Shown here: one piece after another, positions 1-8,867 of the stretch | How positions within the stretch are numbered: the stretch's first letter is position 1 | Layout of the letters: every line of letters starts with the position of its first letter | Assembly: GCA_942491945.1 (NCBI GenBank) | Contig: CALODD010000035.1 | Location: 4,110-68,109 of the forward strand | Origin: an uncultured Gammaproteobacteria bacterium | GTDB lineage: Bacteria > Pseudomonadota > Gammaproteobacteria > JAJDYQ01 | Length of the DNA stretch: 64,000 bases | Direction of reading: 5' to 3' | Made by a program: the position numbers and the translations under genes | The notes under the pieces: model-generated | The model's database searches: none | The model's input: the letters and a program-made list of their open reading frames with translations, nothing else | What the model was told of the DNA's origin: nothing

Positions 1-36
1 CTGTTTAGTTATTCAACATCAACAGCGACTTACACC

Positions 37-241
37 ATGAAAAGAGCAATCACCGCTTTCCACATGGATGAAGAACAGCATTGGGTCGCAGAGCTTGCAT
101 GTGGACATCAACAACATGTCCGTCACCAACCCGCCATGGACAAACCGCCCCTGGACTCAATCAGACGAGTCAAGGAAACAGATGATCGGTCAGTTTTTAG
201 ACTGTAAAACGTGTGACACTGACACTCAGGAAAATAATTAA
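37..241 (+). pseudogene. DUF3565-like small protein disrupted by a +1 frameshift
   Basis: ATG at 37 gives MKRAITAFHMDEEQHWVAELACGHQQHVRHQP. The expected continuation PWTNRPWTQSDESRKQMIGQFLDCKTCD... (134..241, TAA 239-241) lies in the +1 frame. The switch falls in the C-run at 130-133. Both pieces are under 60 aa, so they are absent from the ORF track. The family is recalled from the HWVAxLxCGHxQHVRHxPPW pattern. Confidence 0.55.
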
Positions 242-1014
242 TCGTACTCGCGATCTTTCCATTGACGAATGGCAGTAAAGACATCAACAGATTCCGCTAA
301 GCCATGCCCCGCATAACGTTCTGCGGCCGCAATCACACTATCTTGACGAACGCGTAAAAACGGATTTGTTAGTAGCTCGGTACCCAGCATTGACGGGACA
401 GTAGCCACACCCTTCTCTCTAGCATGAATCGTGTCCTGCTCGCGCTTCAATAGATCAGAGTTTTCTGGCTCAACCCATTTAGCGAAGCCGATGTTATCCA
501 ACGTATATTCATGTGCGCAATAAACCTGTGTCGACTCAGGCAACTGACTAATCTTATCTAAGGAATGATGCAACTGAGCCATGGTGCCACTGAATACTCG
601 GCCACAGCCACAGGCAAACAAGGTATCGCCACAGAACAACTTATCATCAGCATAATAGGCAATATGCCCCTCTGTATGGCCCGGCACATCGAAAACCTGT
701 GGCTTAAACGTCATACCCGGAATTGACAGATCATCACCTTCAGACAAAGTATGATCGATATGAGAGATCGATTCATTCTCGGGGCCCCATACCTGACAAT
801 CCGGATAGACTGATTTTATTCCTTCAATACCACCGACATGATCATAGTGTTTGTGCGTTATCAAGATCGCCACAGGAACCAGACCTTTCTCTCCCAATGC
901 CTCGATAACAGGCTCTTCATCACCTGGGTCGACAATGGCCGCATGACCTTCTGCATCAGATATCAACCAGATATAGTTATCATCAAATGCAGGAATTGCT
1001 TCGACTTTTAGCAT
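238..1014 (-). CDS. gloB: hydroxyacylglutathione hydrolase (glyoxalase II, metallo-beta-lactamase fold)
   Basis: 258 aa. Contains the THKHYDHVGG metal-binding motif, and length and overall pattern are typical of GloB. Confidence 0.9.
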   Translation of the reverse strand: MLKVEAIPAFDDNYIWLISDAEGHAAIVDPGDEEPVIEALGEKGLVPVAILITHKHYDHVGGIEGIKSVYPDCQVWGPENESISHIDHTLSEGDDLSIPGMTFKPQVFDVPGHTEGHIAYYADDKLFCGDTLFACGCGRVFSGTMAQLHHSLDKISQLPESTQVYCAHEYTLDNIGFAKWVEPENSDLLKREQDTIHAREKGVATVPSMLGTELLTNPFLRVRQDSVIAAAERYAGHGLAESVDVFTAIRQWKDREYD

Positions 1015-1024
1015 GAAGGATTCC

Positions 1025-1366
1025 TTAGCCTGGAGGCCAGCTCAACGCACGTCCTCCAAGGATGTGAATATGTAAATGAAATACCGTTTGCCCTGCACCT
1101 GCGCCATTATTGATCACTAAACGAAACGCTTCCGCATAGCCTTCCTGCTCTGCAATTTCGCCAGCCTTTAGCATTAAATGGCCCATTAAATTCTGATCAT
1201 CCTGCTCAGCATTAATAACCATATCGATCGGTTTTTTCGGAATAAGTAAAACGTGCAAAGGTGCTTGAGGATTTATATCCCGGAAACACAGACACAAATC
1301 ATCTTCATATACGATATCCGCTGGTATTTCACGATTAATAATTTTTTCAAATAATGTCTCTGACAT
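1025..1366 (-). CDS. HIT-family (histidine triad) nucleotide-binding protein
   Basis: 113 aa with a C-terminal HLHIHILGG histidine triad. Confidence 0.85.
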   Translation of the reverse strand: MSETLFEKIINREIPADIVYEDDLCLCFRDINPQAPLHVLLIPKKPIDMVINAEQDDQNLMGHLMLKAGEIAEQEGYAEAFRLVINNGAGAGQTVFHLHIHILGGRALSWPPG

Positions 1367-1452
1367 GCTCTACTCCAGCTATAAACGATCTATAATGGAT
1401 ACAAATAAATGCGGATGATCATACAATAGGATCATCACTGCGGATAATAATA

Positions 1453-2661
1453 ATGGCGGATTCTCTCTACAGTCAGACGTTCCCAGCCGGCAGCACCATC
1501 TTTACCGAAGGTGAGGAAGGCGATGTTGCCTATATTATTGAAAGCGGTGCCATTGAAATAAGCACAACGGAGCACGGCATTCCTGTAGTGCTTGGTACTC
1601 TGGAAAAAGGCCAACTGCTTGGCGAAATGGCCATGATTGATAGAGCCCCTCGAACTGCAACCGCAGTCGCTCTGATTGAGACTACCCTCTCCGTTGTTAA
1701 CCGAGACCAGCTGCACGAACGCCTGGAATCTGCAGAGCCGATTATCAAACTTCTCGTTGATCTCATCATGTCCAGATATCGTAGCGGCTTAAGCAAAGTT
1801 AAAGGCACCCCGCTGGCGGATCAGCTAAACGCCCCTCTGGCCGAAGAGAACATGAAAACTAGCAACCATGCAGTGGAAAAGATACGCATGGAAAACGATC
1901 TACGCAGTGCTGTCGAGAACAATGAATTAGCGGTTTACTTCCAACCGCTGCTAGATATAAAACAAAACTCATGGGGCGGTTTTGAAGCACTTATTCGCTG
2001 GATACATCCAGAACGAGGATTTGTATCACCATTGGACTTTATCACCCTGGCAGAAGAAACCGATCTAATCCATTCCATAGGCCTGTTTGTGTTGAGAACC
2101 GCCTGCGAAAATCTGGTTGAACTCCAGGCGATCCGAGATAAGGTTCTACCCGGCCAAAAACCTCTGTTTGTTGGTGTTAACGTCTCATCCAAACAAATGG
2201 GGAATATCGAATTTATCGATCAGATCGCCGATGTAGTCAAAGAAACGGGGCTTAAGCCCTCCAGCTTAAAGCTTGAAATCACCGAAAGTATGGCCGCCGA
2301 TTATAAAACGGTTATCGAGTGGGTCAGACACTGTAAAGAACTCGGCTTTACTGTTGCCATCGATGATTTTGGAACCGGTTATTCCAGCCTTGAGCATTTG
2401 CTCGAACTCGACGTCGATACCTTAAAGATTGACCAGGCTTTCGTACGTGAATTAGGTACTCATGAAAAATCGGAACGCCTTGTTCGAGGTGTCGTCAATT
2501 TGTCAAAAAGCCTGGGGTATTCGATTGTTGCTGAGGGCATCGAGGACAAACAACAACTCGATATCCTGTCTAAGCTCGAATGTGAGTATGGTCAGGGTTA
2601 TTTTATTGGTAAACCTCAGACTCTGGACGACATTCGCCAACATATCGAAGCCGGCGAATAG
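1453..2661 (+). CDS. cyclic-nucleotide-binding domain / EAL-domain c-di-GMP phosphodiesterase
   Basis: The N-terminus is cNMP-binding-like (GEMAMIDRAPRTATAVA). The EAL domain has intact motifs: EALIRW, NVS, EITES, DDFGTGYSSL, KID, EGIE, QGY. Confidence 0.85.
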   Translation: MADSLYSQTFPAGSTIFTEGEEGDVAYIIESGAIEISTTEHGIPVVLGTLEKGQLLGEMAMIDRAPRTATAVALIETTLSVVNRDQLHERLESAEPIIKLLVDLIMSRYRSGLSKVKGTPLADQLNAPLAEENMKTSNHAVEKIRMENDLRSAVENNELAVYFQPLLDIKQNSWGGFEALIRWIHPERGFVSPLDFITLAEETDLIHSIGLFVLRTACENLVELQAIRDKVLPGQKPLFVGVNVSSKQMGNIEFIDQIADVVKETGLKPSSLKLEITESMAADYKTVIEWVRHCKELGFTVAIDDFGTGYSSLEHLLELDVDTLKIDQAFVRELGTHEKSERLVRGVVNLSKSLGYSIVAEGIEDKQQLDILSKLECEYGQGYFIGKPQTLDDIRQHIEAGE

Positions 2662-2684
2662 TATCGCATTCAACCGAGTATCAT

Positions 2685-2981
2685 TTACTGATCTTTATGA
2701 TCAGAATGAGAACAACATTCTACCGGAGGAACCGGATCATAGCCGCCGGGATGCCAGGGGTGGCAACGAGTTACCCGCCGTACAGCCATCCAGCTACCCT
2801 TTAATACGCCGTGCAGCTGAATAGCCTCGATAGCATATGAAGAACAGGTTGGAGCAAACCGGCAATGAGGCCCAAGAAGAGGACTAATAACCAATTGATA
2901 AAAGCGGATGGGCAGTATCACAAGCCATCTCAGGCCTCGAATCAATCTTTCCAATGGTTTCATATGAACGTTTACAGACAT
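2685..2981 (-). CDS. yidD: membrane protein insertion efficiency factor YidD
   Basis: Contains the YidD signature [28 protein letters not shown]. The true start may be the internal Met (MKPLERL). Confidence 0.85.
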   Translation of the reverse strand: MSVNVHMKPLERLIRGLRWLVILPIRFYQLVISPLLGPHCRFAPTCSSYAIEAIQLHGVLKGSWMAVRRVTRCHPWHPGGYDPVPPVECCSHSDHKDQ

Positions 2982-3176
2982 GCAGGGAGTATACGTTGGC
3001 CGCTAAAACCCCTCCAGCATGGAAAAACTTGTTCCAGATCACACTTCTATGCCATCTTCTGTAGATTATTGCTTGGATGACTTGTATAGAAAACGCTACA
3101 ATAGGCATTAAGCTTGCTAATTAACTTTAATAATGACAAAGATTGCTGGCTAAAGCAGCGGCAAAGACGATAAAAC

Positions 3177-4013
3177 ATGCTGGATGTTACCAAGACACTA
3201 AAAGCCGATTTGCAGGACCGACTGGAAAATGCCTACAGGCAACAATTCGGTGATGCTGAGCCTCAGTGTCTGGAATTAATGCATACCGCGGCAGACGACG
3301 CAATTGATCGACTGGCAACCAGTAATGCGTCCTATCACAACGTTGAGCATACGCTCTATGTCACAACAACTGGCCAAACAATACTTGCGGGCAAGGCATC
3401 TGAAACCAGCATCACACCTATTGAATGGGCACAAATTACGCTAGCTCTACTTTTCCATGATATTGGTTTCGTTCGTGGTCTTTGTAGCAAAGACGACGAC
3501 AGCACGTATTACTCAGGAACAGGCGACGACAGGATCCCTCTCGAACGAGGAAAAACCGACGCCAGCATGATGCCCTACCATGTCGACCGCGGACAATGCT
3601 ATGTCGCTGAGACCTATAACCGTTTTGATTTTCTCGATATCGACTTTATTCAAGCCTGTATCGAACGTACACGCTTTCCAATCCCAGAAGATGAAGATCA
3701 CTCGAATACACTTGATTATCCAGGGCTGGTCAGAGCAGCAGATCTAATCGGCCAGTTCAGTGATCCCCGCTATCTACACAAACTCAACGCGCTGTATCAG
3801 GAGTTTGAAGAACAGGGAATTAACCAGCGCATTGGTTATAAAAACATGCACGATATGCAGGAATATTATCCAATTTTCTACGAAAACCAGGTACTACCTT
3901 ACATTGCTGAAGGCCTGAGATTACTGGAACTCTCTGAAAGTGGCCGCAATATCATTTCAAGCCTGAATAACAACCTCGAAAAAGCCCGCCAATCGCAGCT
4001 ATTTTCTGAGTAA
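3177..4013 (+). CDS. HD-domain-like metal-dependent phosphohydrolase (function unknown)
   Basis: 278 aa with HNVEHT ... LLFHDIGF (His...His-Asp pattern). No closer assignment is possible by eye. Confidence 0.55.
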   Translation: MLDVTKTLKADLQDRLENAYRQQFGDAEPQCLELMHTAADDAIDRLATSNASYHNVEHTLYVTTTGQTILAGKASETSITPIEWAQITLALLFHDIGFVRGLCSKDDDSTYYSGTGDDRIPLERGKTDASMMPYHVDRGQCYVAETYNRFDFLDIDFIQACIERTRFPIPEDEDHSNTLDYPGLVRAADLIGQFSDPRYLHKLNALYQEFEEQGINQRIGYKNMHDMQEYYPIFYENQVLPYIAEGLRLLELSESGRNIISSLNNNLEKARQSQLFSE

Positions 4014-4048
4014 ACTAACGTTTACTCTTCTACCCGACGTATCCAATC

Positions 4049-4486
4049 ATGTCTGAGCTTGACTATATAATCGAGACGTTCGATTTTCTGATGGAATGGG
4101 ATGAGCGCTACCGCTTCCTGGAAGAGCTAGGCGGTAAACTCAATAACGTCCCAGCAGAACAAAAATGTGATCAAAACATGGTACATGGCTGTGCCAGTAA
4201 CGTCTGGGTCACCGGTCATATGAACGAATCCGGTACGGGACAGTTTATTTACGAGGCAGAAGCGGAACAACCCATCATACGTGGCCTTGTATACCTCACA
4301 CTACAGGTTTTTGCTGATAAAACACCCGACGAGATACTGGATACGCGGTTTGATGAAACACTGGCGCGCCTGCATCTGGACGAACACCTGAGTACCCAAA
4401 GACATATTGGCATGTACGCTCTGGTACAGAAAATGAAGAGTATTGCCCTGCCGTTTTCCAGCCGGGACTCATTCGAGACGGAATAA
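4049..4486 (+). CDS. SufE/CsdE-family sulfur acceptor protein
   Basis: 145 aa with a GCASNVWV active-site cysteine context, and SufE-like length. Confidence 0.8.
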   Translation: MSELDYIIETFDFLMEWDERYRFLEELGGKLNNVPAEQKCDQNMVHGCASNVWVTGHMNESGTGQFIYEAEAEQPIIRGLVYLTLQVFADKTPDEILDTRFDETLARLHLDEHLSTQRHIGMYALVQKMKSIALPFSSRDSFETE

Positions 4487-4604
4487 CCCTTAAACCAGAC
4501 AATACCTACCATAAATTCTTTTCAGTAGGGCATAAGCTCCCAGCAGTTCAAATCAAACTCTTTTACGCTTATTATGCGCGATCCTCGCGGAAAGGCATTG
4601 GAAC

Positions 4605-5666
4605 ATGAGCCAATTACAACAAACAGACGATCTAAGAATTCAGGCAATTAAGGAAGTAGTCGCACCAAAAGAGGTGCACACGAAATTTCCAATTAGCCCG
4701 AATGCTGCCGACGTGACCGCTAATTCCCGTCAGGCCATACACAACATCCTGCATGGCCAGGATGATCGCCTACTGGTTGTCATTGGCCCCTGCTCTATCC
4801 ATGATACAGACGCTGCGCTGGAATATGCTGATCGCCTGCTGCCTCTCAGAGAAAAACTGGCCGGCGAGCTTGAAATCGTCATGCGCGTTTACTTCGAGAA
4901 GCCACGAACCACTGTTGGCTGGAAGGGGTTAATCAACGACCCCTATCTGGATGGTAGTTTTCATATCAACCAGGGATTACATCGTGCCCGTGAACTGCTG
5001 CTTACTCTGAATGAAAAGGGCATGCCCGCAGCAACCGAATTTCTGGATTTAATCACGCCACAATACTATGCCGACTTAATCAGTTGGGGCGCCATCGGTG
5101 CCCGGACAACAGAGAGTCAGGCACACCGTGAACTTGCTTCAGGACTATCCTGCCCTGTTGGATTTAAAAACGGTACTGATGGAACACTGAGCATTGCTGT
5201 AGATGCGATCCGTGCTGCGAGTAGTCCACACCATTTTCTATCACTAACGAAAGATGGCCATTCAGCTATTTTTTCTACTAAAGGCAATGAAGATTGCCAC
5301 ATTATCCTGCGCGGCGGAAAAGCGCCTAATTATGATGCAGAGAGCGTCGATCAGGCTGGAAATCATTTAACAGGCGCAGGCCTGTCACCCGTAATGATGG
5401 TCGATTGCAGCCATGCTAATAGCGCCAAACAGCATAAGCGTCAGATTGACGTCGCTAATGATATCGCCCAACAAATGTCTGACGGTGAAAAACGCATTGT
5501 CGGCGTCATGGTCGAAAGTCATCTCAATGAAGGCCGTCAGGACAATGTACCTGGACAGGAATTAAATTACGGGCAGAGCATTACGGATGCCTGCATCAGC
5601 TGGGACGATTCTGTTCCAGTACTAGAAAAACTGGCTGAAGCAGTACGCGCCAGAAGAACACAATAA
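4605..5666 (+). CDS. 3-deoxy-7-phosphoheptulonate (DAHP) synthase, class I (AroF/G/H type)
   Basis: 353 aa with GPCSIHD, KPRTTVGWKG and IGARTTESQ motifs. Feedback specificity cannot be called from sequence. Confidence 0.9.
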   Translation: MSQLQQTDDLRIQAIKEVVAPKEVHTKFPISPNAADVTANSRQAIHNILHGQDDRLLVVIGPCSIHDTDAALEYADRLLPLREKLAGELEIVMRVYFEKPRTTVGWKGLINDPYLDGSFHINQGLHRARELLLTLNEKGMPAATEFLDLITPQYYADLISWGAIGARTTESQAHRELASGLSCPVGFKNGTDGTLSIAVDAIRAASSPHHFLSLTKDGHSAIFSTKGNEDCHIILRGGKAPNYDAESVDQAGNHLTGAGLSPVMMVDCSHANSAKQHKRQIDVANDIAQQMSDGEKRIVGVMVESHLNEGRQDNVPGQELNYGQSITDACISWDDSVPVLEKLAEAVRARRTQ

Positions 5667-5722
5667 CACCGGGATCACCGGGTATATTTATCTACACAAG
5701 ACTTAATACACAGGAGACAAGT

Positions 5723-6907
5723 ATGATTAAGCCACATGGATCGGACGAACTTAATCCGTTGTTCGTATACGACTCATCTAAGAATGAAGAACTACAGAAA
5801 GAAGCCGAAGGCCTGCCTTCACTGTTAGTCAGCTCGGCAACTGCGGCTAATGCTGTAATGTTGGGTGCTGGGTATTTCAACCCACTTTCTGGCTACATGA
5901 ACGTTGCTGACGCCGTTGCTGTTGCTGACAACATGCATATGACTGATGGCACTTTCTGGCCAACACCTGTTATGAATCTGGTCGAAAGCACCTCAGACAT
6001 TGGTGATGCGAAACGTATCGCTCTACGCGACCCGAATGTTGAAGGCAATCCTGTTGTTGCCATACAGGACATCGATGCAATCGAAGAGTTTACCGATGAG
6101 CAGATGGCAACCATTACTGAGAAAGTTTATGGAACATCTGATCCTGAACACCCAGGCGTTGTAGCTTTTAATTCGCAGGGTAAGATTGCTATTTCTGGTT
6201 CAATCCAGGTTCTGAACTTCTCTTACTTCTCTACTGAATTCCCGGACACATTCCGTACAGCAGTTGAGATTCGTAACGAAATCGCCGAGCGCGGCTGGAA
6301 AAAAGTTGTTGCTTTCCAGACTCGTAACCCAATGCACCTGGCACACGAAGAACTTTGCCATATGGCAATGGATCGCCTTGGCTGTGATGGTCTGGTTATC
6401 CACATGTTGCTGGGCAAACTGAAGAAAGGCGATATTCCCGCACCAGTTCGTGATGCAGCGATTCGCAAGATGGTTGAACTGTACTTCCCAGAGAATTCAG
6501 CGATGGTAACGGGCTATGGTTTCGATATGCTCTACGCGGGTCCACGTGAGGCTGTTCTACATGCGGTATTCCGTCAGAATATGGGCGCTACCCACTTCAT
6601 CATTGGCCGTGATCACGCCGGTGTTGGTGATTACTACGGTGCTTTCGAAGCTCAGGAAATCTTCGAAGGCATTCCAGAAGGTACTCTGGACATTGAAATC
6701 TTCAAGGCTGACCACACTGCATGGTCAAAGAAGCTGAACAAAGTCGTCATGATGCGCGAAGCACCTGACCACTCTAAAGAAGATTTCATCCTGCTTTCAG
6801 GTACTAAAGTTCGTGAAATGCTGGGTAACGGCGAAGCACCACCTAAAGAGTTCTCTCGTCCGGAAGTTGCTAAGATTCTGATTGATTATTACCAATCTCA
6901 GAACTAA
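5723..6907 (+). CDS. sat: sulfate adenylyltransferase (ATP sulfurylase, homo-oligomeric Sat type)
   Basis: 394 aa with QTRNPMHLAHEEL and HFIIGRDHAGVG motifs. Confidence 0.9.
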   Translation: MIKPHGSDELNPLFVYDSSKNEELQKEAEGLPSLLVSSATAANAVMLGAGYFNPLSGYMNVADAVAVADNMHMTDGTFWPTPVMNLVESTSDIGDAKRIALRDPNVEGNPVVAIQDIDAIEEFTDEQMATITEKVYGTSDPEHPGVVAFNSQGKIAISGSIQVLNFSYFSTEFPDTFRTAVEIRNEIAERGWKKVVAFQTRNPMHLAHEELCHMAMDRLGCDGLVIHMLLGKLKKGDIPAPVRDAAIRKMVELYFPENSAMVTGYGFDMLYAGPREAVLHAVFRQNMGATHFIIGRDHAGVGDYYGAFEAQEIFEGIPEGTLDIEIFKADHTAWSKKLNKVVMMREAPDHSKEDFILLSGTKVREMLGNGEAPPKEFSRPEVAKILIDYYQSQN

Positions 6908-6930
6908 TAGCCGCTCATAGCAAAAAGAAA

Positions 6931-6968
6931 AGCTCGTCAGATAGATGTATCTGGCGAGCTTTTTATTT
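6931..6968 (+). terminator. rho-independent terminator after sat
   Basis: Stem AGCTCGTCAGATA / TATCTGGCGAGCT (one G-U pair), loop GATG, followed by TTTTATTT. Confidence 0.75.
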
Positions 6969-7012
6969 CCTGAGTTCTGGACTAAACATATTCGAATAGC
7001 TATGTTTATGTT

Positions 7013-7519
7013 ATGAAGACCATATCAATCATGTTCTTGCTTGCATATTGCGCGGTATCCTATGCAGAATTATATAAATGGGTAGATCAGAAGGGGAAAA
7101 TCCATTATTCAGATCGCCCATTAAATCAGAAAGCAGAAAAGTATTCCCCTCCTCCTCTACAGACAATTCCAGCTTTACCAACAGAAACTATCAAGCCCTT
7201 AAAAAAATCATCTAAAGATAGTAGTAAGTATGAATTGATACAGATTACTACTCCAAAACAAGATCAAATTTTGACACATGATCAGACAGATATTGCGGTA
7301 AATGTAAGATTAAAGCCTGGGCTAGATATAGGTAAATCCCACAAGCTAGCAATATACCTTGACGGATCTCTATATGCAGAAGGCTCAAAATTTAGCTACT
7401 CCATCTCTAATACAGATAGAGGAACGCATAATATTTATGCAGCAGTGCTAGATGACACAAATAAAGTACTTATAAAAACAGAACCCGTAAGCTTTCATGT
7501 GAAACGCCACCATCGCTGA
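7013..7519 (+). CDS. DUF4124-domain secreted protein
   Basis: Signal peptide followed by ELYKWVDQKGKIHYSDRP, the DUF4124 signature. Confidence 0.7.
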   Translation: MKTISIMFLLAYCAVSYAELYKWVDQKGKIHYSDRPLNQKAEKYSPPPLQTIPALPTETIKPLKKSSKDSSKYELIQITTPKQDQILTHDQTDIAVNVRLKPGLDIGKSHKLAIYLDGSLYAEGSKFSYSISNTDRGTHNIYAAVLDDTNKVLIKTEPVSFHVKRHHR

Positions 7520-7544
7520 TGGTTATAGATACAAGCACCCCCCA

Positions 7545-7817
7545 TTATATTATTCCATCAGGAAACTGATCCGTATTAATCCCCTGATCTTCCAGCATGA
7601 CAGGAATTCCATCATCAACAGGGTAGATCGTCTTCCCTGTTTCCGTAATCAACCCTTCCTGTAGTTGTTCACCCATTGTTTCACCACCAATATTATGAAC
7701 ATCATCTTGAGCTATAACCTCGTTTAACGCCTTCAGTTGTTTAGACGTTAATTTATTAACCGGTGATTTAGTCACAGGGCAACATAAAATTTCTAGTAAC
7801 TTACCGTCGATACTCAT
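7545..7817 (-). CDS. Trm112/YcaR (UPF0434) family protein
   Basis: LLEILCCPVTKSPV near the N-terminus and YPVDDGIPVMLEDQG near the C-terminus. At 90 aa it is longer than the usual ~60 aa. Confidence 0.7.
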   Translation of the reverse strand: MSIDGKLLEILCCPVTKSPVNKLTSKQLKALNEVIAQDDVHNIGGETMGEQLQEGLITETGKTIYPVDDGIPVMLEDQGINTDQFPDGII

Positions 7818-7857
7818 TTTCTATCCTGCTTAAATTAATACCTGAATGCTATGCAGC

Positions 7858-8763
7858 TTAATCCTGATTAGCAACCCCATGTGGCACATGACCCGTTGCT
7901 ACATGTTGAGAGGCCGACTCAATATGATGGTGCTGATCATCAAAAAATATATCCGCACCAAATGTTCTCAGAAACTCCCCTTTATCCATACCACCGAGAA
8001 ATAACGCCTCATCAATCCGAATACCCCAGGCACGCAAAGTCAGAATAACCCGTTTATGTGCTGGTGCGGCGCGAGCAGTGACTAAAGCAGTACGAATTGG
8101 CGCTTCATCGGCCGGATAGGATGCCTGAATACGATGCAAAGCAGCCAGGAAATTTTTGAACGGCCCACCAGATAATGGTTTCTTTGCAGCAGCAACTTCA
8201 CTATCGGTAAACGCCTGTAGACCATTTTCTTTAAAGACACGTTCTGCTTCGTCAGAAAACAACACAGCATCACCGTCAAAAGCCAGTCGTAGTTCCGTGT
8301 CACTATCATCATTGGAATTTGCGCCCGGCATAATTGTCGCTGCGGCATACCCTGCATCAAGTGCTTTTACGACATCATCTGGGTCAGTGGATAAAAATAA
8401 ATGCGCCCCAAAAGCAGACACATAGGAGTACGGGCTCTCGCCTCCCGTAAATGCTGCTCGCGAAATTTGTAGATCATGATGCTGAATTGAATTAAATATT
8501 CTTAAACCCGTATCCGCACTATTTCGTGACAGCAGGATTACTTCGACCATCGGATGGTCTGGATCACGACCATTTAACGCCAGAAGCTTGCGAACCAGTT
8601 AAAAAGCGGAGCCCGGCTGTAAGACCTTCTCCTCGTTCTCAATCTGATAACGACAATACGCTTCAATGCCTTCGTTCTGAAAGATCTCATGGCTATCATC
8701 AAGGTCGAATAATGCCCTTGATGAGATGGCAACGACTAGTTTGTCTTTCAGATCAACTTTCAT
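7858..8763 (-). pseudogene. 5'-nucleotidase (PF06189-like family) with an in-frame TAA
   Basis: ATG at 8763 gives MKVDLKDKLVVAISSRALFDLDDSHEIFQNEGIEAYCRYQIENEEKVLQPGSAF. A TAA follows (plus strand 8599..8601). The same frame then continues LVRKLLALNGRDPDHPMVEVILLSRNS... into the 230-aa track ORF (7858..8550). I verified codon by codon that 8763 and 8550 are in the same frame. Confidence 0.75.
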
Positions 8764-8867
8764 ATTACTCAGTATAATTCAATCTGCCCGTGACCGTAGT
8801 ATCTCTGAGACCCCCGAACAATTTGATACCGGTGTTCAGAAAAATCCATAGCCACATGATGAGTAAT

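Noticed and set aside
8526-8777. An 83-aa plus-strand ORF between the 5'-nucleotidase and relA
   Set aside because: It is antisense to the conserved N-terminal part of the 5'-nucleotidase gene, which explains this region better.
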